A DNA stretch of 64,000 bases, taken from assembly GCA_045652525.1 (NCBI GenBank), contig JAZRUK010000043.1, positions 8,973-72,972 of the forward strand, given 5' to 3'. The DNA is from Candidatus Gastranaerophilaceae bacterium. GTDB lineage: Bacteria; Cyanobacteriota; Vampirovibrionia; Gastranaerophilales; Gastranaerophilaceae. How positions within the stretch are numbered: position 1 is the stretch's first letter; every line of letters begins with the position of its first letter. The translations under genes and the position numbers were made by a program. This document shows positions 57,450 to 64,000 of the stretch, piece by piece. Below the pieces are notes generated by a model. The model saw only the letters and a list, made by a program, of their open reading frames with translations, had not been told where the DNA came from and ran no database searches.

Positions 57450-58395
57450 CTAAAGCATCAAGGGTTTTAATTATATTTTGGTATGTGTCTTCAGTTACTA
57501 ATTGACCACGTAGTTTTGCTGCGTTTTGAAATCCTGTAAGATAGTATGCATAATACTTTCTGCAGAATTTTATAGCAACGTCTTCGCCACGTAGTTTAAT
57601 CTCTTCATCAAGTAACCATTTTAGCATATCTATTTTTTCTTTAAGGGTTGGTTCAGGAAGTTTTTTACCTGTTTTTAAGTAATGTTCGATTCTGTAAATT
57701 AAGGAAGCATCCGATAAAATACCTCTACCTATAGCTATTCCGTCAGCTTGAGAATCTTCTAAAGCTTTTATGGCTGTATCAATTGAAATAATATCTCCGT
57801 TTGCGAAAACTGGTACATCAATATTTTCTTTTAATTTGCGAATTAATTTCCAATTTGCTTGTCCTGAGTACATTTGTGATCGTGTTCTGCCGTGAATTGT
57901 TATAAATTCAGCTCCTGCATCTTGCATTTTCTGTCCAAATTCAACAAAATTCAATTCGTCCATTGTATACCCTAAGCGAAATTTTACGCTAACAGGTTTA
58001 TCGGTTCCGTCTTTTACAGCTTTGACTAAATCAGCTGCAAGGTTTGGATTACGCATCAAAGAACAACCATCTTGCCCCCCAACTACTTTTTTAACTGGAC
58101 AACCCATATTTATATCAATCATATCTGCAATAGGGGTTAAATTTTCGGCTGCACGGCGCATTAGTTCAGGTTTGTGTCCACTAATTTGATATGATATAGG
58201 TGAATGATATTCATCACGTTTTGTTATTTCACTTGGACGGTTTTGGGCTAAAAATTCCGAGCTTATCATTTCTGTTGTCAAAAGACAGTCTTGAGAATAT
58301 TTTCTTACTAGACTTCTCAATACATAATCTGTTATTCCAGCCATTGGTGCAAGTGATACCTTGCTTTTTATTAAATCTTTTACTTTAGTTTGCAT
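57427..58395 (-). CDS. dusB: tRNA-dihydrouridine synthase
   Basis: LAPMAGITD, DINMGCP and IHGRTR motifs. Confidence 0.9.
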   Translation of the reverse strand: MQTKVKDLIKSKVSLAPMAGITDYVLRSLVRKYSQDCLLTTEMISSEFLAQNRPSEITKRDEYHSPISYQISGHKPELMRRAAENLTPIADMIDINMGCPVKKVVGGQDGCSLMRNPNLAADLVKAVKDGTDKPVSVKFRLGYTMDELNFVEFGQKMQDAGAEFITIHGRTRSQMYSGQANWKLIRKLKENIDVPVFANGDIISIDTAIKALEDSQADGIAIGRGILSDASLIYRIEHYLKTGKKLPEPTLKEKIDMLKWLLDEEIKLRGEDVAIKFCRKYYAYYLTGFQNAAKLRGQLVTEDTYQNIIKTLDALATYVQVH

Positions 58396-60487
58396 ATTGT
58401 TTTAATTCTTCAGCGCGTGCTTTTGCATATTGTTTGTATTCGTCATCTTGTGCATTTGAGTTTGCGTACTTATCGTAGTACAAATAAGCTTCTTTGTATT
58501 TTTCTAAAGTATCATAATCAGCTGCAATTAGGTAATTTGTTATTTCAAATTCTTTATTAAGTTCATATGCTTTTTTGAAATCATTAATGGCTTCTAGGCG
58601 TTTATTTTTTGTATCATAAATCATTCCACGATAGTAATAAGCATATGAATTTGATTTATCATTGTCTATAATTTGACTAAATATTGGTAGTGCGTCATTA
58701 TATTTTTCACTTTCATATAATGCTATAGCCTTGTTTAATGTTGCTAAATTAATTTGTTCAGTGACTGTTTTTAAAAATTCTGCAGATTGTTTATTTGTGT
58801 TGTCTATTGAAAGTGATGTGTTTAAATATTTTCTCGCGTTTTCCCAATCTTCATTGTCAGCGTATATTGTTGCTATATAGTATGGAATGTTTGAATCTTT
58901 TGGATTTAGTTGTTGTGCATTTTCGTAATATGCAATAGCATTTTTAGAGTCTTTCATTGCTTGGTAGCAAGATGCTATACCCAATAGTGATTCCATTGTT
59001 GGGGGTGCTATTTCTGAATATTTTGCGATTGCATTTTTATAATCTTTCTTGTTATATAGTTCTGCTGCAATTGTCAGTTTATTATTAATCAAATCGTTAT
59101 TGACAGATTTTAGTACATCTTTTAATTGGGCATTTGCTGGGAATTTTTCCATTGCTACTTTAAGGGTCTCTATAGATGACTGAGAATAACCAGCTTGGTT
59201 TTGAGCAATTGCTAAGTTGACGTAAATTTCAGGGTTTTGTGAATTTAGTTTTATTGCTTCTTTGTATAATACAATTGCATCGGTAAGTTTGTTTTGTTTA
59301 TGTGCTTCTAAACCATAATTATAGAATAAGTCTGCTGGATTTGAATCAGCAAGATTCTTTTTAACGTGTTCTATAAATTGGGCTGTAGTCATGCCTGATT
59401 TTATCATATTAAGCATTTTTGTTCTTGCCTCAATATTTGTAGGGTCAAGTGCAAGAACTTTTTTATATCCCTCGAGCGCTAATTTAGTATCACCCATAGC
59501 TTCGTATGCCTGTGCTTTATATAGATTAGCGTTAACATTATCAGGGTACAAAATTAATACAGAATCATATGCTTTTATGGCCGTTTTATTGTCACCTTTC
59601 TGTTGGTATAATGTTCCAACATTTAAGCGAGTGTTGAGATTTGAAGGATTCAAAAATTCAGATTTTTGATAGTACATTAAGGCTGCATCAAAATTACCTT
59701 GTTTTTGCATTATGGCACCTAGGTTAGCAGTTAAGTCCGCATCTTGAGGTGATTTTTCTAATTTTTTCTTGTAAATTCTTTCTAGAGAATATAAAATTTC
59801 TTTATCGTCGGTAGTTTTACTTAAAATATAATTATACTCTTGTACTGCGGCATTTTCATTCCCAAGTGTATCAAGAATTTTTGCGTATGAAAGTCTTAAT
59901 GGGATATTGTCAGGAGCCACAGCAATTGATTTTCTATAATATTCAGCAGCTTTTTGGTTGTTGCCCAAAAGTTTCATTATATCGCCGACCTGTTCAAAGC
60001 ATTCTTGTTGTAAGCTTCTATCAGCTAGAGCTTGGTTGAATTCATATGCTGCTGCAGCAAAATTTCCTTCGGCTCTCAATTGTTTAGCCGTTTTAAATCT
60101 GTTTTGTGGTGAGCGATCGTAATTGATTTGGCTTAAGCGAGTATTTAAATTAGCTGTTACTTGTGGGATGTAAACTTGTGATGATGTTTTAAGTGGATAA
60201 TATTGCATGTAAAACAATGCACTTCTGTAATCATCTGCAGCTTTTTTGTAGTTGTGCTCTGTGTTTCCATAGTGAGTAGCACGAGAAATATATGAATTTA
60301 TTAAACCGATTCTAGCGGAGTTGTCCATGTAATTAATGCGTAAAGCATTTTTGAATTCAGTAATTGCACCAGAATATTGATAGTTTGTTAAATATTGCTG
60401 TCCTAATTCAAAATGTTCTTTAAACCCTGCATAAGCACAGTTTGAAAGTAATGCAACAGCCAAAGAAACTTTTAATAAATTTTTCAT
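58385..60487 (-). CDS. Large secreted TPR-repeat protein (700 aa)
   Basis: Signal peptide ...LLSNCAYA/G; more than 12 TPR units; overlaps dusB by 11 nt. Confidence 0.8.
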   Translation of the reverse strand: MKNLLKVSLAVALLSNCAYAGFKEHFELGQQYLTNYQYSGAITEFKNALRINYMDNSARIGLINSYISRATHYGNTEHNYKKAADDYRSALFYMQYYPLKTSSQVYIPQVTANLNTRLSQINYDRSPQNRFKTAKQLRAEGNFAAAAYEFNQALADRSLQQECFEQVGDIMKLLGNNQKAAEYYRKSIAVAPDNIPLRLSYAKILDTLGNENAAVQEYNYILSKTTDDKEILYSLERIYKKKLEKSPQDADLTANLGAIMQKQGNFDAALMYYQKSEFLNPSNLNTRLNVGTLYQQKGDNKTAIKAYDSVLILYPDNVNANLYKAQAYEAMGDTKLALEGYKKVLALDPTNIEARTKMLNMIKSGMTTAQFIEHVKKNLADSNPADLFYNYGLEAHKQNKLTDAIVLYKEAIKLNSQNPEIYVNLAIAQNQAGYSQSSIETLKVAMEKFPANAQLKDVLKSVNNDLINNKLTIAAELYNKKDYKNAIAKYSEIAPPTMESLLGIASCYQAMKDSKNAIAYYENAQQLNPKDSNIPYYIATIYADNEDWENARKYLNTSLSIDNTNKQSAEFLKTVTEQINLATLNKAIALYESEKYNDALPIFSQIIDNDKSNSYAYYYRGMIYDTKNKRLEAINDFKKAYELNKEFEITNYLIAADYDTLEKYKEAYLYYDKYANSNAQDDEYKQYAKARAEELKQYAN

Positions 60488-60552
60488 AAAAATATTCCCT
60501 CTTATTTCCTTTATTTTATTACAAGAATGGGAATATGTATATAGCCAATTGC

Positions 60553-60597
60553 AATAAAAAAGGGTAAATATTTAATTTACCCTTTAATTTTTTTTTG
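60553..60597. terminator. Hairpin terminator with A/T runs on both sides
   Basis: AAGGGTAAAT-5 nt-ATTTACCCTT (60560-60584); A-run upstream and T9 downstream. Confidence 0.55.
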
Positions 60598-60599
60598 CT

Positions 60600-60722
60600 T
60601 TACTCGAAACTCGATATCGAGATAAAGTTTAAACATTCGTCAAATAACTGTTGTATCGGCATTGACATGTCGATCTCCGCTTCATTAATCCCTAATAATT
60701 CAGCTTGTGCTTCAGTAATCAT
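60600..60722 (-). CDS. Possible 40-aa peptide MITEAQAELLGINEAEIDMSMPIQQLFDECLNFISISSFE
   Basis: AAGGAG 8 nt before the ATG; own terminator immediately downstream; below the ORF-track cutoff. Confidence 0.4.
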   Translation of the reverse strand: MITEAQAELLGINEAEIDMSMPIQQLFDECLNFISISSFE

Positions 60723-60910
60723 ACTTTCTACTCCTTATTGTTCGTTTGACAAATATGTTATCGTCATTTATTTTAAAAACTTTAATCAGGTTTTTAATAT
60801 AAAAACGCCAAAAAGCTTGTTATATAAGGCTATTAGCCCTGTTAAATTTGAATTAATATTTTGTTACAAAAACTTTTTTGCTTAATAATATGGTAATTTC
60901 TGGCTTGTTG

Positions 60911-60919
60911 TGCTATAAT
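60911..60919 (+). promoter_or_regulatory. Extended -10 element upstream of infC
   Basis: TGcTATAAT; no convincing -35. Confidence 0.4.
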
Positions 60920-60952
60920 ATGCTCGTACTACAAGTTATAGGAGACAGGACA

Positions 60953-61483
60953 ATAGCAAACGATAATAGAAACAACAAGGATCAGGCAATTATGAACGAA
61001 AGAATTCGTTCAAAAGAAGTTAGATTAATTGATGATAAAGGCGAAAATCATGGAGTAGTGCCAACTTCAAAAGCCTTGCAAATGGCATATGATGCAGATC
61101 TTGATTTAGTATTAATAAGTCCTAACCAAGAGCCTCCGGTAGCTAAAATTTTAAATTATGGTAAATATAAATATGAACTTGAAAAACGTGCTAAAGAAGC
61201 TAAGAAAAAACAGCATGTAGTTGAAGTTAAAGAAGTTAAAGTTCGCTATAAAATTGATACCCATGACTATCAAGTTCGTATTAATAATATTAAAAAGTTT
61301 ATTTCTCAAGGAAATAAGGTTAAAATTGTCATCATGCTTAGAGGTCGTGAAATGCAACATAGTGAATTAGCTTTCGAATTGGCTAATAGATTCATTGAAG
61401 ATCTTAAGGATGAACCTTTAAATATTGAGAAAAAACCTATGTTAGAAGGCAGAAACGTAACTTTATATCTAGGACCTCAATAA
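60953..61483 (+). CDS. infC: Translation initiation factor IF-3; probable non-AUG (ATA) start, with ATG 60992 as the alternative
   Basis: MNERIRSKEVRLIDDKGE... plus C-terminal domain; GGAGA 7 nt before ATA 60953; the track start 60878 has no RBS. Confidence 0.88.
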   Translation: MANDNRNNKDQAIMNERIRSKEVRLIDDKGENHGVVPTSKALQMAYDADLDLVLISPNQEPPVAKILNYGKYKYELEKRAKEAKKKQHVVEVKEVKVRYKIDTHDYQVRINNIKKFISQGNKVKIVIMLRGREMQHSELAFELANRFIEDLKDEPLNIEKKPMLEGRNVTLYLGPQ

Positions 61484-61489
61484 AAGTTC

Positions 61490-61517
61490 TTGACGTTTTG
61501 TCTTTAGCAAATATAAT
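61490..61517 (+). promoter_or_regulatory. Putative tRNA-Phe promoter
   Basis: TTGACG (61490-61495), 16-nt spacer, TATAAT (61512-61517). Confidence 0.5.
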
Positions 61518-61565
61518 TATAAATGTGGCTCATGCGAGTTACAAATTGAAAAATTAATATGGTTT

Positions 61566-61641
61566 GCCGCAATAGCTCAGTTGGTAGAGCAAGGGACTGA
61601 AAATCCCTGTGTCCTTGGTTCAATTCCGAGTTGCGGCACCA
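61566..61641 (+). tRNA. tRNA-Phe (anticodon GAA), CCA encoded
   Basis: Acceptor GCCGCAA/TTGCGGC, anticodon arm AGGGA-CTGAAAA-TCCCT, T-loop TTCAATT. Confidence 0.92.
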
Positions 61642-61690
61642 TTTTTTTTAAGGCACCTATGAAGGTGTTTTTTTTATTACTCAATTAAAA
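61628..61690 (+). repeat. Direct repeat copy 1: last 14 nt of tRNA-Phe, terminator and flank
   Basis: GAGTTGCGGCACCATTTTTTTTAAGGCACCTATGAAGGTGTTTTTTTTATTACTCAATTAAA. Confidence 0.85.
61650..61676 (+). terminator. Terminator after tRNA-Phe
   Basis: CACCT-ATGA-AGGTG followed by T8; short stem. Confidence 0.5.
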
Positions 61691-61767
61691 AATGAGCCTT
61701 AACTCGGATGTTGTGTCAAGCACAACCCTCTCGAAAAACGATACTCAATCGTTTTTCTCGGCAGAGT

Positions 61768-61833
61768 GAGTTGCGGCACCATTTTTTTTTTTTAAAGGCA
61801 CCTATGAAGGTGTTTTTTTATTGCTTAATTAAA
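61768..61833 (+). repeat. Direct repeat copy 2 (tRNA 3' end without the tRNA body)
   Basis: GAGTTGCGGCACCA-T12-AAAGGCACCTATGAAGGTGTTTTTTTATTGCTTAATTAAA; differs from copy 1 only in homopolymer lengths and 2 substitutions. Confidence 0.85.
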
Positions 61834-61998
61834 TTATCTTTGTGTAATAAATTAAAGCAACTAAATATAACAACTTACTAGAACCTTTAGGGGCTCTTTT
61901 TTAATGCAAAGGAGGACTTATGATAGCAGTGAATACAGTGGAAAGACGAAACGCCAGCTACACAGTTTGCTGAACAGTTAAAACAAATTCCTGAAGAA

Positions 61999-62154
61999 AT
62001 GCAACAACAAGTAGTGGGTATGTTTGCTCAACAACTACAACAAATGATGCAACAACAACAAATGCAAGCACAAGCACAGAACCAAGTGCAAATGCAGATG
62101 ATGAGAGATAATGCAAGGGCAGGCTTAGAAGCAGAAGCATTGGGGGTAATGTAA
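61999..62154 (+). CDS. Possible 51-aa Gln/Met-rich ORF (possibly the 3' part of a frameshifted gene)
   Basis: MQQQVVGMFAQQLQQMMQQQQMQAQAQ...; TAATG overlap with the next ORF; the strong RBS and ATG at 61920 are in another frame. Confidence 0.3.
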   Translation: MQQQVVGMFAQQLQQMMQQQQMQAQAQNQVQMQMMRDNARAGLEAEALGVM

Positions 62155-62732
62155 TGGGAAATAACTATAACCCATTGAATGATGCTGCTATTGATGAAAC
62201 TTGGAAGTGTGTTCCACTTTCTTTAGGAATGCGTGCTATAGGATTAGCAGCTAAAAGACCATTAATAAATATGGGTGAAAGTTTTTTGTTAAGTCATACA
62301 AAACCTATATTCAAGTTGTTTGATAAAACTTTAAATAGTTTTGGAAAAATTGGGAAAGATTATTTTAGGCATACTATTCAGGATAAAAAGGATTATAATC
62401 CTGTTTTAGACGATTATGTTTATTATACGGGCAGCCAAATTGGGAAAATGCGATATAAATATATGGATCAATTACCTAAATTGTGTAAAAATGTAAGAGA
62501 AGCTGATTTTAATTTGCATATTGATAATAAGCGTAAAAGAGCAGACTCTACAGGTTGGGATAATTTAAAGGTTAATTCCAAAGGTGAAAATTTTGCATAT
62601 CAAATTAGAAACAATGCAATAAACAAAAATAAAGAGTTATATAATATAAAACCTTTTGAATTAGCTGAGAGAGATTATAAATATCAATATTTTAATAAAT
62701 TATTTGAAAAATTATTAGAAAATGAATTATAA
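62154..62732 (+). CDS. Hypothetical protein (192 aa)
   Basis: Long ORF followed by a nested hairpin; no family recognised. Confidence 0.5.
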   Translation: MGNNYNPLNDAAIDETWKCVPLSLGMRAIGLAAKRPLINMGESFLLSHTKPIFKLFDKTLNSFGKIGKDYFRHTIQDKKDYNPVLDDYVYYTGSQIGKMRYKYMDQLPKLCKNVREADFNLHIDNKRKRADSTGWDNLKVNSKGENFAYQIRNNAINKNKELYNIKPFELAERDYKYQYFNKLFEKLLENEL

Positions 62733-63013
62733 AACCCTTTGGCTGACAATAGGTTAGGTGACCTATGTTCCAAAGGGTTCATTATCATTATAACGCATAT
62801 TAAAACAAATTTCAACCATATTGGGGCAAAATTATTTGATTATTTAAAGAAATAATACTTTTTCATACTTTCTTTTTAGAGTCTGTTTAGGCTCTTTTTT
62901 ATGCCCGATTTGCAAACTGTCAGAATATTCCTATGGAAATAGAGAATTTAGTTTTTGGGCGTAAAATCTCTTTGAAATTTAATTATTGTTCTGATTTATG
63001 TATAAATATAGAT

Positions 63014-63574
63014 TTATTTTTTTAATGTTTGTCCGTGTTCTTCTATTAATTGTGTTAATAGTGTTCTAGCTTTTGTGAAAAGAGTTCGTTCTTTTAGTTC
63101 TTCTTCTATTTTTGTTAATTCTTCTTTAGTTCTTGTTTTTAATACTTTTTTAGCGTATCGGTTGTAGCTTTTTTTAGTGTCTATATCTAATCCAATCTCA
63201 AAATAGTCCCTGCCTTCTTTTTTTGCCATTCGTTTAAGCTGGTTTATAAGTTTTTGTTTTTCTTTAAGTAGCTCTTGATAATCGTGTTTATCACTTGCTG
63301 AATAATAATATTTTAAAGCTTCTTTTTGAGTTTTAGCATTCATTTCTAGCGTGCGTAAACGCATCCAAGATTGTTCAATGGCTTTTTCGCTTTCAGTTAA
63401 TTCAAGCTTTTCAGGAGCTTTTGGCTTATTTTTAGATGACAATTCAACAATGTCCGAAGCTAATTCATTTAGCTTTGTTGCTTTTGGCAATTTGGGTCTG
63501 GCTGTAAATGTTGTACCTATATTTGTTCTAAAATTATTGTATGAAATATTTGCAAACATACTAATGTAAAACAT
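63014..63574 (-). CDS. Hypothetical K/E-rich, probably coiled-coil protein (186 aa)
   Basis: Long ORF; no clear RBS (alternative ATG at 63559); no family recognised. Confidence 0.45.
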   Translation of the reverse strand: MFYISMFANISYNNFRTNIGTTFTARPKLPKATKLNELASDIVELSSKNKPKAPEKLELTESEKAIEQSWMRLRTLEMNAKTQKEALKYYYSASDKHDYQELLKEKQKLINQLKRMAKKEGRDYFEIGLDIDTKKSYNRYAKKVLKTRTKEELTKIEEELKERTLFTKARTLLTQLIEEHGQTLKK

Positions 63575-63655
63575 GTAAATATTTTTTTTTGCCCTGATTG
63601 TAAAAGATTTAATTTGTTTATATAATTATCTTGTCAAATTAGGGAGTTAATATTT

Positions 63656-64000
63656 ATGAAAAAGAAAATTGTTTGGGCTATTGTATCTTTGTTAGCAATT
63701 GTAGCGTTCTTTTGTTACTTTGTTAGAAATCATGTATTAACGTTCTATTATCTTAATCCGTATACTGATACAGCTAGTATGCCTTATATTGCCCCAACAA
63801 TTAAGAAATTAAATAAATTCTTAGATGAAGCAAGAAGTTTCTCGGCAGTTGATGGACATAAATATAATATTGTTTTCTCAAATGCTTATGGTAGTGGATT
63901 TATTAAGGATAATCCTATCCCAAATGATCTAGACTTTGATGTGCTTATCGATTTGGGAACTTTTGACTATAATGAATCAAAAACAAGTTACGATGTTGCA
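63656..64000 (+). CDS. N-terminal 115 aa of a membrane-anchored pol-beta-type nucleotidyltransferase-like protein; 3' end outside the window
   Basis: GGGAG RBS; TM helix VWAIVSLLAIVAFFCYF; AYGSGFIKDNPIPNDLDFDVLID fits G-S-x10-D-x-D; absent from the ORF track because it has no stop in the window. Confidence 0.5.
   Translation, partial: MKKKIVWAIVSLLAIVAFFCYFVRNHVLTFYYLNPYTDTASMPYIAPTIKKLNKFLDEARSFSAVDGHKYNIVFSNAYGSGFIKDNPIPNDLDFDVLIDLGTFDYNESKTSYDVA

Noticed and set aside
60595-60885. 96-aa plus-strand ORF upstream of infC
   Set aside because: It begins at a non-ATG codon inside a terminator T-run and has no RBS. The opposite strand carries a better-supported 40-aa ORF. The listed infC start at 60878 was likewise rejected in favour of ATA 60953 or ATG 60992.
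61706-61781. Second tRNA or pseudo-tRNA ending at the duplicated ...TTGCGGCACCA
   Set aside because: Only the 3' acceptor strand is present. There is no complementary 5' acceptor strand (GCCGCAA), D-arm or T-arm, and the upstream sequence folds into two unrelated hairpins.
61628-61833. CRISPR array or other multi-copy tandem repeat
   Set aside because: Only two copies are present. Each is about 60 nt and contains part of a tRNA, and there are no cas genes. No CRISPR-like periodicity was seen anywhere else in the window.
61958-62140. 60-aa minus-strand ORF (MLLLLSLPLH...VVVV)
   Set aside because: It is the antisense image of the CAA/CAG-rich plus-strand region. It is low-complexity and has no RBS.
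61834-64000. Prophage or integrative element call for the tRNA-Phe-adjacent region
   Set aside because: No integrase, excisionase, terminase, capsid, tail or transposase signature is visible in the 2.2 kb available. It is therefore reported only as an orphan islet.

Overview
AT-rich bacterial chromosomal window with about 62 protein genes, 5 tRNAs, and no rRNA, CRISPR array, transposase or integrase. Most of it is housekeeping: dnaE 3' part, radA, gap, tig-clpP-clpX, polA, proS, rpmE, thyX, argS, dusB, infC. Envelope genes (an SLH-domain protein, MlaE/MlaF-like ABC pair, PBP4, large TPR proteins, CHASE2-GGDEF) suggest a diderm anaerobe, possibly Melainabacteria- or Negativicutes-like; the taxon is inference only. 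The clear accessory region is 4.4-21.2 kb. It consists of two divergent operons. One is a complete 2-aminoethylphosphonate (AEP) synthesis, activation and transfer operon. The other is a glycan operon with two GT8 paralogs, DUF4422, glf, GT2, an unassigned GT-A, galE, a GT2-TagF-like fusion and a second LicD. I rank three candidates for something undescribed. (1) This phosphonoglycan/teichoic-like locus has two different cytidylyltransferases and two LicD genes. A short basic motif of the type h-L/F-G-h-K-h-x-h-R/K recurs at termini or domain junctions of six unrelated enzymes, and no exporter or priming transferase is present. (2) A BlaI-family repressor has no BlaR1 partner and is co-operonic with a 120-aa acidic orphan and a secreted, divergent serpin-like protein. 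(3) An islet of orphan genes lies next to tRNA-Phe. It is bounded by an att-like duplication of the tRNA 3' end plus terminator and ends in a membrane-anchored pol-beta-type nucleotidyltransferase cut by the window edge. All functional calls rest on motifs read by eye in the translations. No database search was run.
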